Under the pieces are notes generated by a model that was not told the origin of the DNA, did not search any database, and saw only the letters and a list, made by a program, of their open reading frames with translations. Below, piece by piece: positions 18,164 to 27,840 of a stretch of DNA of 64,000 nucleotides (the first letter of the stretch is position 1; the number at the start of each line of letters is the position of its first letter). Both the position numbers and the translations under genes were made by a program. Origin of the DNA: an uncultured candidate division WWE3 bacterium (GTDB lineage Bacteria; Patescibacteriota; WWE3; UBA101185; UBA10185); assembly GCA_903879985.1 (NCBI GenBank), contig CAIRNR010000006.1, positions 32,505-96,504 on the forward strand, read 5' to 3'.

Positions 18164-18420
18164 CCTAGTCTTCCTAAAGAGTTTTTTAATCGATGACTCT
18201 GCAAAAGTTCCAAACATCCTCCATAATCTCCCACCAGGCTTTTCAGCTTGGTATACCAACATTATTTTTATATACCCAACTAGGAATTTAGACCTATCCA
18301 CGACCAAACCACTACCCTATAGTTTGACTATTTACCCATTTTATCCTATAATTACATCATAAATCGTTATTAAACCGCACAATTATGACGGCTAATCAAA
18401 AATAAAAAGGGAGATAAAAA

Positions 18421-18681
18421 ATGGTACGCAACACAATGATGCTACCCAAAGTAATGGGCGATGAAACAACTGACACCAGAGATGCGTTGGAAAAACTGGG
18501 ATTCATCATAACCAACGACACATATTCCGACTCATACGAAGTGTTGGCACCGGAAGGTTGGACAATAGAATGGAAAGGTCGCGATGGCGCTGTTTTTAAT
18601 GAAAAACATGAGGCTGTTGTCTGGCTTTGGAGAAAAACGGATTTCTGGCAACCGATATTTACGATGCGTCTGCATCCCTAA
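18421..18681 (+). CDS. Hypothetical small protein
   Basis: AAAAGGGAGAT RBS; preceded by a partial copy of the repeated leader. Confidence 0.35.
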   Translation: MVRNTMMLPKVMGDETTDTRDALEKLGFIITNDTYSDSYEVLAPEGWTIEWKGRDGAVFNEKHEAVVWLWRKTDFWQPIFTMRLHP

Positions 18682-18715
18682 GTCGCCAGAAATAAACAGA
18701 AGGATGTATATTTAG

Positions 18716-18843
18716 CACAAGAGGCAAACAGTAGAAATCCTTACTGCTTTGCCTCCTAACTCAAGTTTATTTTTTTAAAGTAGATTTAAGTTAGGAAGTT
18801 TAACCGCATAAATGACTGCGGAATCATAATCAAAGGAGACGAC
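18716..18843 (+). repeat. Repeated structured intergenic element, copy 1 (hairpin, T-run and conserved leader)
   Basis: GAGGCAAACAGTAG...TACTGCTTTGCCTC hairpin, then CTAACTCAAG...TTAAGTTAGG, then CCGCA...TGCGG just before the AAAGGAGA RBS. Paralogous to 19325..19457 with compensatory changes. Confidence 0.6.
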
Positions 18844-19305
18844 GTGAAAACGATAAAGGCTACAATAGAAATTTTGGATAAGTTACATCAAGTACTGATG
18901 GAATGCGGTGAAACTGCCGAGATTACTGGGGAAAATAAAAAGTTTTACTTTATTGAAAAACCCAGCAGAGTAATCTCAAAGAGATCAAAAGGATTGGTAA
19001 TTTTGACCCCGGATGAAGTCCTAAATCTTCACCTGCAAAGACTTGACGGAGAAGATTTTGAAAAGTTTCTCAAAAATAGCACACTGGGAGATCAATGGGC
19101 GCCTGCAATACACACCATCTGGAACACATACAAACAACGTGCAGGTGTGGAAACAGTGGAGGACCATGCTGATAACTATAACCTCGGGCATGGATTAATT
19201 CGATACTGGTTCAAAACAGCACGAAAGAATTTATGGTACTGCGAAGTGCGCCAGAAGGAATCAGAAACGATAATGTCCAGGTATTTTCATTTTTACGGGT
19301 ACTAA
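18844..19305 (+). CDS. Hypothetical protein (GTG start)
   Basis: AAAGGAGAC RBS; ORF only. Confidence 0.35.
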   Translation: MKTIKATIEILDKLHQVLMECGETAEITGENKKFYFIEKPSRVISKRSKGLVILTPDEVLNLHLQRLDGEDFEKFLKNSTLGDQWAPAIHTIWNTYKQRAGVETVEDHADNYNLGHGLIRYWFKTARKNLWYCEVRQKESETIMSRYFHFYGY

Positions 19306-19324
19306 AAGTAATCAGAAAATGCGC

Positions 19325-19457
19325 AGTGTAACAAGGGACAAACAGTAGCACAATTTTACTGCTTGTCCCCTAACTTAAGTCTATTTACCAAAGTAGGTTT
19401 AAGTTAGGAATTTAATCGCATACGATCTGATGCGAAATTATAAAAGGAGAGACAGCT
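19325..19457 (+). repeat. Repeated structured intergenic element, copy 2
   Basis: GGGACAAACAGTAG...TACTGCTTGTCCCC, then CCTAACTTAAG...CTTAAGTTAGG, then TCGCAT...ATGCGA before the AAAGGAGAG RBS. Confidence 0.6.
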
Positions 19458-19691
19458 ATGCCAATGAAAATCGATAGTATGAAAGTGGGCGAAAAATACA
19501 AGATAAATGTTCACGACGAAGACAACAAGCCGCTAACCCTGGAATTCACCATCCTTGAAATAGATTGGTATCCAAGTGCCACGGGCAGAGGATTTTTCCA
19601 CGGCACGAAGGTTCAATTTACAACGGGAGAAATTGAAATCCTTCCATTTCTCGTGCTTGATTCCGCTGAAAAAGTAAAGGAAGAGGCATAA
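19458..19691 (+). CDS. Hypothetical small protein
   Basis: RBS plus ORF; a terminator follows. Confidence 0.35.
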   Translation: MPMKIDSMKVGEKYKINVHDEDNKPLTLEFTILEIDWYPSATGRGFFHGTKVQFTTGEIEILPFLVLDSAEKVKEEA

Positions 19692-19709
19692 GTTAATATC
19701 TGCACTAAA

Positions 19710-19756
19710 AGGGTCTTTGACAGTTAAAATGCTGCTAAAGACCCTGATTTTTTTTA
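19710..19756 (+). terminator. Rho-independent terminator
   Basis: AGGGTCTTT...AAAGACCCT stem followed by GATTTTTTTTTATT. Confidence 0.55.
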
Positions 19757-19815
19757 TTCTTTAACAACACAAAAATTCCATTGACACTAGAAATTAAATA
19801 GAACTAAACTAAGAT

Positions 19816-20007
19816 ATGAAAAAGATTGCAATCTTACTTGGCATAATTATATTAATTTTAATGGCATATTTTTCGTATTCTTTCTTTTACATGAAATCCT
19901 TCTTAGGTAAACCTACTATTACTTGTGCCAAAGGAGAATATATACATCAAGGTCCTATTTGGCCAAATCCTAATTATTGTTGTCCAAAAGACACGATTTG
20001 TGACTAA
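19816..20007 (+). CDS. Small membrane/secreted Cys-rich peptide (63 aa)
   Basis: N-terminal hydrophobic helix MKKIAILLGIIILILMAYF, then 4 Cys (TCAKGEY...YCCPKDTICD). Confidence 0.3.
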   Translation: MKKIAILLGIIILILMAYFSYSFFYMKSFLGKPTITCAKGEYIHQGPIWPNPNYCCPKDTICD

Positions 20008-20143
20008 TAAATAAGTTAAACCTCTAATTCACGCGAACATCTTATAGCGTTTGACCTTTTATCCGAGTACAGCTACAATACCAAGCAATTGCAATATTAA
20101 CCGCAACAAATAAAGTAGCGGAATAAACGGAAACGGAGGAAAG

Positions 20144-20407
20144 ATGATCTTAAAAGATTTTGTTGAAGGAAAAGAGTACATATTATCCAATGTACCAGGG
20201 CTGACCACGTTTACCTTTGAAACAAACTCCGACAAACGTGTGCTTTTTACCGCGCCAGAAGTGCGCTTAAAGTTTTTGCAACCGAATCTGGAATTCGATG
20301 GCAATTACTTAACCTTTGAGGTTCTCGATGGCGAGCACAAAGGAAAGACAGTGGACATCATGGTGAGCAACGTCGACCGGATTTCTGAAAGCGAAAAGGA
20401 AAACTAA
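20144..20407 (+). CDS. Hypothetical protein
   Basis: GGAGGAAAG RBS; translationally coupled (taacATG) to the next ORF. Confidence 0.35.
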   Translation: MILKDFVEGKEYILSNVPGLTTFTFETNSDKRVLFTAPEVRLKFLQPNLEFDGNYLTFEVLDGEHKGKTVDIMVSNVDRISESEKEN

Positions 20408-20408
20408 C

Positions 20409-21080
20409 ATGCCTTGCATAAGAATTTGGGCAAAACAGCAGGACCTGGATAAAATTTCCACTACGCCACAACGGCTGGAAAGAATACAGGAAGCGTTGGA
20501 AGATTTACTGATGAAAACTTTGGCCGAAACATTGAGCCAAAACGGTAATGTTGTGACGCCGGATAAGATCGAAGTTGTGTGGGCCATTACTCAACGCACG
20601 CGCAACTCAGTGAATTATGCTGTGGACATTTTGTTTTCAGAACGAAGTGAAACTGGTGATCCTGGCTACATAACCGACCCGGAACTGCGACAGCAAATTC
20701 GTGATGAGATGCTGTACGCAGTAACCACGTTTCAAAAGTTACCTTTGAACGCTACGGTAGGTGTATGGGTCTGCCCGCAACTTGGTGGAGCATACACATC
20801 AGGACAATGCCAACCTGATATGGCAAAAGAAAGGTTTGTTCCAAAAAAGTATTACGTACTCCAGAATAGGGCGGGAACAAAAACCTTTGGCCTCGTGACA
20901 CGCACAAACAGTGTGGTCGCCTTGGCAGAAGGACACATAACAATGCGTTTTGTTGGATATACCCAAAAACCCGGAGAGGATCTGTTTTTGACCTTTAAAG
21001 TTGAAAGCGGCGCAAACATCGGTGAAGTCATTGATATACGACCATCAAATGCGCACAAGTTTGTTGAGTCGTACGTTTAA
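20409..21080 (+). CDS. Hypothetical protein (GC-elevated segment)
   Basis: ORF followed by a strong terminator. Confidence 0.4.
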   Translation: MPCIRIWAKQQDLDKISTTPQRLERIQEALEDLLMKTLAETLSQNGNVVTPDKIEVVWAITQRTRNSVNYAVDILFSERSETGDPGYITDPELRQQIRDEMLYAVTTFQKLPLNATVGVWVCPQLGGAYTSGQCQPDMAKERFVPKKYYVLQNRAGTKTFGLVTRTNSVVALAEGHITMRFVGYTQKPGEDLFLTFKVESGANIGEVIDIRPSNAHKFVESYV

Positions 21081-21093
21081 GTTTAGTACCAAA

Positions 21094-21131
21094 AACCCTC
21101 TACGGATGAGAAACGCAGAGGGTTATTTTTT
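21094..21131 (+). terminator. Rho-independent terminator
   Basis: AACCCTCT...AGAGGGTT stem followed by ATTTTTTCC. Confidence 0.6.
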
Positions 21132-21325
21132 CCACCTACTGTTTTCGCTATAGGTTGTAAAGCAGCAAGCCTTATGTTATATTATCCACAATCTAAACCA
21201 ACCTAGGAGGAAGGTGTATTGTTTTTAAACGTTGCGGTGACAACAGGGTTACTGCAAAGTTTGTTTTTTTTAACCCAGGTATTTAAATATTTGGGAACCT
21301 ATTCGAACCAAAAGGAAGGGTAAGA

Positions 21326-21673
21326 ATGTTATCAGCACGTATGTACTGGGACGGCAATTCATGGCATATGGAGTTGAATGAGAATAAAAAAATTCATTCG
21401 GCTACCACAACTCGAGCAAGAACAATTTCCGAGTTCCTGGGCATGGCTAAACAAACTGGATTGCCAGAAGATATTGACGCGTACGATGTTACACTGGAAA
21501 AAGTCATGGTGAAACCTCGTATCGGCGGCGATTGCATGGCAGGAAAAAGGTTGATTGTTGAAGTTTGCCCCTACTGTGGTAAGCAACACATTCACACCAC
21601 GCGCTTTGGGGCCGATGAAACAATGGATCGAATGGCAGACTGCGGGGGTGAATACACGCTAGACTGCAACTAA
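21326..21673 (+). CDS. Hypothetical protein with a CxxC...C Zn-ribbon-like motif
   Basis: AAAAGGAAGGG RBS; VCPYCGKQH...DC motif. Confidence 0.35.
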   Translation: MLSARMYWDGNSWHMELNENKKIHSATTTRARTISEFLGMAKQTGLPEDIDAYDVTLEKVMVKPRIGGDCMAGKRLIVEVCPYCGKQHIHTTRFGADETMDRMADCGGEYTLDCN

Positions 21674-21711
21674 ATTAATCTACGAAACCTTAAAAACTTC
21701 GTAGAAACAAC

Positions 21712-21757
21712 AGGGAGCTACATCAAATAAAACTGATGCCGGCTCCCTTATTTTTTG
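21712..21757 (+). terminator. Terminator-like hairpin plus T-run
   Basis: AGGGAGC...GCTCCCT stem followed by TATTTTTTGG. It is preceded by a second perfect hairpin CTACGAA...TTCGTAG (21680-21703). Confidence 0.45.
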
Positions 21758-21844
21758 GCCTTAACTATATTCTAAATATTAATGTGAAAAATTATGCAAA
21801 AAAATTGCCCCTTAGAACCATGTTATGGATTCGTTCGGGGCATT

Positions 21845-21960
21845 TAAAGAAAAAAGCAGGAGCGGTAGGAGTAGTGGTAGTGGTTTCTCTTCTGGTAGTG
21901 GTGGCGGTTCTAGTGGTAGCACTTCTATTAGCAGTAGTTTCGAATTTTACCCTTCAATCC
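21845..21960. repeat. Low-complexity GGT/AGT-rich tract (Gly/Ser-rich in one frame, poly-Val/Leu in another)
   Basis: ggagcggtaggagtagtggtagtggtttctcttctggtagtggtggcggttctagtggtagc. The overlapping ORFs 21736..22047 and 21825..22067 are of uncertain reality. Confidence 0.4.
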
Positions 21961-22244
21961 CAGGCGTGGGTGTTTTCCATACTTGCAATGTCTTTCATAG
22001 ATTTAGTATGGGACCATCACATTTCCAACCTAGAGGTTACCTGTTAAGCTTCTCTTTCACTATTTGAGGTATATTCACTCAAACACCGACATGTCGTGAA
22101 ATCAACATAATCGGGAAGCTGGGCGCCGTAGATTCAGGCTGATGTTGGTATATTACCAGAAACCTATAGGTTTCGCAACCTGTACGAAGCCGGTTGCCCC
22201 AATTTACTATTTATTTATTTTTCTCAGTGATATATCATTTATTA

Positions 22245-24416
22245 ATGAATACTGCCAAAAAGTTTATAGTATCCTTTTTAGTTCTTTCAGTAGCTTTCAC
22301 ATTATTTCCTCAAAAAACAACCAGCGCCGAAGCAGTGTTTGCCAGCGGTAACGGTACTGAAGGTACTCCTTATATGGTAAACGATTGTGTGCAACTCCAA
22401 CGAGTTGGAAATTATGTAACTTCATATTTTGAATTGGTAGGGGATATTGACTGTGCAGCAACTAATCCAAACGATCCATCTTTTGACATAACTTTACCCT
22501 GGCATGACCATTTAGGATTTAACCCAATAGGCTTCGATGCGCCATTTACCGGTCACTTTGACGGAAAAGGTTTTAAAATTAAAAATCTCTTTATAAACAG
22601 ACCAACAGAAACTGCTGTAGGACTTTTTGGAAATGTATCAGGTAGTGCGGAAATAAAAAACTTTACCATGGAAAACGGAAGTATAACTGGAGCACTACAA
22701 GTGGGATCACTAGCTGGAAATATTACTGGTTCAAGTTTAGTCCTAAACGTTACAAGTAATCTTAATGTAACAGCTTATTATGACGTAACCATACCCGGTA
22801 GTGGTGAAAAAGTTGGAGGATTAGTTGGCTATGTGGAAGACTCCCTACTAGATACAACATCATTTTCAGGTACAGTCACCGGATTACGCAGGATCGGGGG
22901 TTTAATTGGTTATGTAAATAACTGTACATTGAATTATTCACATAATTCGAGTCCTGTTTCAGGAGAGTACCTTGTAGGCGGACTAATCGGTGGAGGAAAC
23001 AGCACGAATATAAATTATTCATATAACACAGCAAAAATAACAGGAACATACACTGGCCCCACAGAAAATAAGGGAATAGGAGGGTTAATTGGTTCAGCAT
23101 TCACAATAAACATTGATAGTTCATACAACACAGGCATGGTTAAATCTATAGGAACCTTATATCTGGGAGGCCTTGCAGGTTCAGGATATTGGATCACACT
23201 TACAAAATCTTATAACGCCGGATATGTTAACGGCGACAGCGCAACACACACTGCCGGCGGTTTAATTGGGGCAAGTCTTACAGCAAATATGTCCGATTGT
23301 TATAACCATGGAAATGTTAAGGGATTTAAAAGAGTAGGTGGTTTAATTGGATTTGCGCCGGAAATAGATTTTTATAACTCATACAACAGTGGTAGCGTAA
23401 CTGCAACATTCACCGCCGAAGATACTAATACAGGTGTAGGCGGATTAGTGGGAGTAAATTCGGTAACCGGATTTAGTGGTCCGTTTAGCTATGCAAATAG
23501 CATTCAAATGGAAGGTACTTTTAATGTAGGTACAACCACAGGGGTAACACCAAACGGAGGTTTGATTGGTTCTTTGGGAGACATAGACAGCAAAGAAACA
23601 TATTTTTCCAATAATTGGTGGTTTAATACACAAACCAACGGCATCGGTAACGGAGAAGCCATTGGCTGGGACGAGCAAAGTGTTGAAGAATATGACAGAG
23701 CAAATTCTGCAGATGTATTTAAAAATACTTCTTCAAATGCCCCTATGTATGCATGGAATTTTAATGATGAACCACTATGGAGGGTAACCGATGCGTATCC
23801 TGTATTAATGGGCATCAATGCAGTTGATGTTTCTCAAGAAGATACTGCAGATATACCAGATACACAGCAAAGCACCGGTTCAACACATATAAAATTTACA
23901 ACCTCAAAAAGTTCCAGCGGAAAATACGACTTTGGAACAAAAGTAAAACTAACCAACGACGATGGTCACGAAATAAAATATCAATGGGTTAAAGGCTGGA
24001 CCAAAACCTATAATCCCGATAAATGGAAAGATTATAGTAACCCAACAAAAGCTCCAGTTGGTAAATATACATTGTATTTGAAAGTCGACGGCGATATTAG
24101 TCACAAGCATATTGAAACAAAAGCCTTAAGCACTATAAGCAATGCCAAAGCGACTATAGATTGGGTAAATAAATCAATTAAACTAACATGGGACATTAGC
24201 AATCCTAGCGCACTAAAAGAAGTTAAAATTTACCGATCGACAATTGAAAACTTTACACCAACAGCGTCCACGTTAATAGGTACAAATACTCCAACGGATA
24301 CAAACTTTTTTATGAACAGCGTGCACTCTTGGAATAACTACTACTATAAAATAGTTTCGTACGATATAAACGGAAAACAAATAGACACCAAGTCCGTGGT
24401 TGTTAAAGTACAATAG
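22245..24416 (+). CDS. Secreted GLUG-motif repeat protein with a C-terminal Ig/FN3-like domain
   Basis: Signal peptide MNTAKKFIVSFLVLSVAFTLFPQKTTSAEA. At least 10 repeats of [VIL]GGL[IVA]G at roughly 22-25 aa spacing (VGGLVGY, IGGLIGY, VGGLIGG, IGGLIGS, LGGLAGS, AGGLIGA, VGGLIGF...). Start chosen at 22245 rather than the ORF-track 22194. Confidence 0.6.
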   Translation: MNTAKKFIVSFLVLSVAFTLFPQKTTSAEAVFASGNGTEGTPYMVNDCVQLQRVGNYVTSYFELVGDIDCAATNPNDPSFDITLPWHDHLGFNPIGFDAPFTGHFDGKGFKIKNLFINRPTETAVGLFGNVSGSAEIKNFTMENGSITGALQVGSLAGNITGSSLVLNVTSNLNVTAYYDVTIPGSGEKVGGLVGYVEDSLLDTTSFSGTVTGLRRIGGLIGYVNNCTLNYSHNSSPVSGEYLVGGLIGGGNSTNINYSYNTAKITGTYTGPTENKGIGGLIGSAFTINIDSSYNTGMVKSIGTLYLGGLAGSGYWITLTKSYNAGYVNGDSATHTAGGLIGASLTANMSDCYNHGNVKGFKRVGGLIGFAPEIDFYNSYNSGSVTATFTAEDTNTGVGGLVGVNSVTGFSGPFSYANSIQMEGTFNVGTTTGVTPNGGLIGSLGDIDSKETYFSNNWWFNTQTNGIGNGEAIGWDEQSVEEYDRANSADVFKNTSSNAPMYAWNFNDEPLWRVTDAYPVLMGINAVDVSQEDTADIPDTQQSTGSTHIKFTTSKSSSGKYDFGTKVKLTNDDGHEIKYQWVKGWTKTYNPDKWKDYSNPTKAPVGKYTLYLKVDGDISHKHIETKALSTISNAKATIDWVNKSIKLTWDISNPSALKEVKIYRSTIENFTPTASTLIGTNTPTDTNFFMNSVHSWNNYYYKIVSYDINGKQIDTKSVVVKVQ

Positions 24417-24421
24417 ATCGT

Positions 24422-24994
24422 ATGGATATTTTAATAGTAGATAACGGAACGGAACATCTTAGCGAACTAGAAAAAATATTGTCTCAACATAACGTGAGTG
24501 TTATTTCCAAAGAAAAACTTAATGCTACTGTCGTAGAAAAACACGATCTACTAATTCTTAGCGGCAGTATCCAATCACCTGTAATGGAAAAGCCTGAAAT
24601 ATATGCCAAAGAGATAGCTATTATCCAAAACAGCACCAAACCAATTATTGGTATTTGCATGGGATTTGAAATAATCGCTTACGCTTTTGGCGCGGAACTT
24701 AGAGAATTGCCATTTAAAGAAGAAAGCTTAATGGAAATAAAAGTAGTAAACAACGATTCTATATTTACACAAGATACTTACAAAGTAGAAGAACGCCACC
24801 GCTGGGTTGTAACAAGCGTGGTTAAACCGTTAGTGGCAATTGCAACATCAAAAGACGGTATAGAAGCCATAAAACATGAGGGTAAAAATATATACGGGTT
24901 TCAGTTTCATCCCGAAATATTCGACAACAACAACGAAGGCGCGGAAATATTTGTGAAGTTACTTGAAAAGCTTAGTCCCGTTAATACAATCTAG
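24422..24994 (+). CDS. Class I glutamine amidotransferase-like protein
   Basis: GICMGFE (nucleophilic Cys elbow) and FQFHPE (His-Glu). Confidence 0.6.
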   Translation: MDILIVDNGTEHLSELEKILSQHNVSVISKEKLNATVVEKHDLLILSGSIQSPVMEKPEIYAKEIAIIQNSTKPIIGICMGFEIIAYAFGAELRELPFKEESLMEIKVVNNDSIFTQDTYKVEERHRWVVTSVVKPLVAIATSKDGIEAIKHEGKNIYGFQFHPEIFDNNNEGAEIFVKLLEKLSPVNTI

Positions 24995-25416
24995 TACAAA
25001 CCGTGATCGTTAAAACATTTCACGTATTTTTTATCCATATAATCCAGGTGATGCACCAACCAATCTTCGAGAAAATCCAAAAGCTCCGCACCAAAAGTAT
25101 ATACATCAGTACTATCTTTTTTTGCTATCAGCTTATCTAGTTGTGACAACAAACCTTTATGTGCGGCCTTATGTTCTGCGGTGCCTTCAAAATCAAATTT
25201 ATCAAAATATTCTTCCTCAGTTTTAAAGTGTAATACAGCATAATCGTGAATTTTGCCAAGAATATTTAGTATATCTTCAGAAGAACGTTTTTCGGCTACA
25301 AAACCATATGCTTCATTCAGTAAGGATATAAAATACTTATGCTGATCGTCGATTAACTTAACATTTACGCTGTAATCTGGAATCCATTCGAAATTTTTCA
25401 TACTAAAAGTATACAC
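24991..25416 (-). CDS. Hemerythrin-like metal-binding protein
   Basis: H...HxxxE (HFKTEEEYF), HKAAHKGL and WLVHHLDYMD ligand pattern. Confidence 0.6.
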   Translation of the reverse strand: MYTFSMKNFEWIPDYSVNVKLIDDQHKYFISLLNEAYGFVAEKRSSEDILNILGKIHDYAVLHFKTEEEYFDKFDFEGTAEHKAAHKGLLSQLDKLIAKKDSTDVYTFGAELLDFLEDWLVHHLDYMDKKYVKCFNDHGLY

Positions 25417-25486
25417 AATATTTACTCGGTTAGTGTATGTTTCACGCGATTCCTATATAATTTAATTAGGAAAGTAAACCTGCCCA

Positions 25487-27823
25487 ATGAAAATAAGATC
25501 CAAGATCGTAACAATATTTTTAGTTATATTTATAGTTATATTTGGTGTAGCAACAACAATTGAACTAAATTTTGCCAATAATCTTATATTTACCCAAATA
25601 TCTCAACACATAACTACCGCGTCAATTTGGCGATTTAATGCTCTAGAACTATACATAAAGGATCAAAAAGAAATGATTTCGTTAATGGGAGCAAGCACAG
25701 TTTTTAGAGATTTTTTAAACACAAACACTCAAGATAGGAATTATATATCCCAAAAAAACATAGCGGAGCAAAGATTGACCAGATCAATAAAAGAAACACC
25801 TCAAATTATTCAAATGTTTATCTTAAACACATCAGGCAAGGTAGTTGCATCCTCTAGTAAAGAGCATGAAGGAACCGATTTTTCCAATGACGATTTTTAT
25901 ACTCAAGCTCAAAACAAAACGTATTTTAAAGATATGTACAACTCAAAAGATGATCAAGCACTCGTATATGCGATTTCGACACCTATTAAAGATGATGCTA
26001 CAGGAAAAACCCTTGGCGTAGTTGTGGCAGAAATAGACACAACAGAATTGTACGCGTTACTACTAGACAGAAGTGGTATGGGTGATACAGGAGAAACCTA
26101 TATCGTAAATGGAAATGGCTTCTTTATTTCACCGTCTAGATTTTTGGACAACAGCATATTGTTAGCAAAGAAAAACACGACTCAAAACGTTACCGAATGC
26201 CTAAATAACAAAGATAATGATCCGAATATTGTTAAATTTTATACAGATTATCGTGGAATCCAAACAATAGGCACGCATAATTATATATCCGAAACCGGCT
26301 GGTGCTTGATTACAAAAATGGATAAATCTGAATATCTGGCTGAGAACACAAATTTATTAGAAATCGTTATTTTTATATTTTTGTGCGGCTTAACACTATT
26401 CACAATCTTTGGGTTCATTTTTTCAAAAAAGATCACTGAACCAATTGTTGCCCTTACCAAAGGCGTAAAAATAATCGAAGCAGGAGATTTAAATCACAAG
26501 GTAAGCATAAATACTAAAGATGAGACCGGAGAATTATCTGTAGCTTTTGATAATATGACTGATAAGTTTAGAGAAATTTACGACAATTTTGAAGATAAAA
26601 TTAAGCAAAGAACAAGTCAGCTGGAGCAGAGTAATAAAGAAATGTCCGAAAGAAATCACGATCTGGAAGAAACACGAAAAGCTATTCAAAATATCTTAGA
26701 TGATGTCGCTGCAGACAAAATTAAGCAAGATGTTTTACTAGCCGGAGTAGGTGAAGGCATTATAGCCACAGATAAATCTACGAACATAATTTTTGTAAAT
26801 AAAGCCGCCGAAGACGTTTTGGGATTTTCTTATCAGGAACTGATAGGAAGAAAATACAGCTCTGTTGTGAAATCGGTAGACTCCCACGGGGCAACTATAG
26901 AAGATAGTGATCGAATAATTAATAAGGTCCTAAAAACAGGTCTGTCTATTAAAACCGATGTACAGGCGGATTTATACTACGTAAAAAGAAATGGATCAAC
27001 ATTCCCTGTAGCAATTACTGTTACACCAATCATTCAAAAAAAAGAATTGACCGGAGAGATTTGCGTATTTAGAGACATTACCAAAGAAAAAAATATCGAC
27101 AGCATGAAAACAGAATTTATATCTCTAGCGTCACACCAACTTAGAACACCTTTATCGGCAATTAAATGGTACCTAGAAATGCTTATAGATGGCGATGCTG
27201 GTGAACTACAAAAAGAGCAAATGGAGTTTATAAACAACATTAACCTTTCCAACGAACGTATGATTGAACTGGTTAACTCCTTGCTAAACGTATCCAGAAT
27301 AGAGTCGGGAAGAATTATTATCGATCCACAACCAACCGATATAAAAGAGCTAATTAATAATACCGTATTTGAACTAACACAAAAATTCGAACAGAAAGAA
27401 ATAAGGCCACTATTAAGTATTAATCAAAATCTACCAGAAATTGATATTGATAAAAAACTTATCAGGCAAGTATTCTTGAATCTATTATCGAACGCTATTA
27501 AATACACGCCGACTGGCGGAGAAATTAGTATTTTTATATCAAAAGATAGCAAGGATTTAATTACCCAAATTACAGATAACGGTTATGGAATTCCAGCAAA
27601 AGATGCAGCCCGAGTATTCACAAAGTTTTACCGCGGAGAAAATATAATAAAAACCGAAACCGATGGTAACGGATTAGGATTATATCTAGTTAAAGCAATT
27701 GTTGAATCATCCGGGGGTAAAATATGGTACGAGAGTGAAGAAGGAAAGGGCACAACTTTTTGGTTTTCACTACCTTTGTCTGGTTCTACCAAAAAAGAAG
27801 GTTCTGTGTCAATTGACAGTTAG
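25487..27823 (+). CDS. Sensor histidine kinase (TM, extracytoplasmic Cache-like domain, HAMP, PAS, HisKA, HATPase_c)
   Basis: H-box SHQLRTPLSAI; N-box LLSNAIKYT; G-boxes DNGYGIP and GLGLYLVK; two TM segments flanking an extracytoplasmic domain of about 270 aa. Confidence 0.8.
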   Translation: MKIRSKIVTIFLVIFIVIFGVATTIELNFANNLIFTQISQHITTASIWRFNALELYIKDQKEMISLMGASTVFRDFLNTNTQDRNYISQKNIAEQRLTRSIKETPQIIQMFILNTSGKVVASSSKEHEGTDFSNDDFYTQAQNKTYFKDMYNSKDDQALVYAISTPIKDDATGKTLGVVVAEIDTTELYALLLDRSGMGDTGETYIVNGNGFFISPSRFLDNSILLAKKNTTQNVTECLNNKDNDPNIVKFYTDYRGIQTIGTHNYISETGWCLITKMDKSEYLAENTNLLEIVIFIFLCGLTLFTIFGFIFSKKITEPIVALTKGVKIIEAGDLNHKVSINTKDETGELSVAFDNMTDKFREIYDNFEDKIKQRTSQLEQSNKEMSERNHDLEETRKAIQNILDDVAADKIKQDVLLAGVGEGIIATDKSTNIIFVNKAAEDVLGFSYQELIGRKYSSVVKSVDSHGATIEDSDRIINKVLKTGLSIKTDVQADLYYVKRNGSTFPVAITVTPIIQKKELTGEICVFRDITKEKNIDSMKTEFISLASHQLRTPLSAIKWYLEMLIDGDAGELQKEQMEFINNINLSNERMIELVNSLLNVSRIESGRIIIDPQPTDIKELINNTVFELTQKFEQKEIRPLLSINQNLPEIDIDKKLIRQVFLNLLSNAIKYTPTGGEISIFISKDSKDLITQITDNGYGIPAKDAARVFTKFYRGENIIKTETDGNGLGLYLVKAIVESSGGKIWYESEEGKGTTFWFSLPLSGSTKKEGSVSIDS

Positions 27824-27840
27824 CGTCGTAGCAAGTTATT

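Noticed and set aside
19782-19815. TTGACA upstream of ORF 19816, considered as a promoter
   Set aside because: No acceptable -10 hexamer at 16-18 nt spacing.
22142-22351. ORF 22142-22351, and the 22194 start of the GLUG protein
   Set aside because: The upstream extension encodes junk before the obvious signal peptide. The start was moved to ATG 22245.
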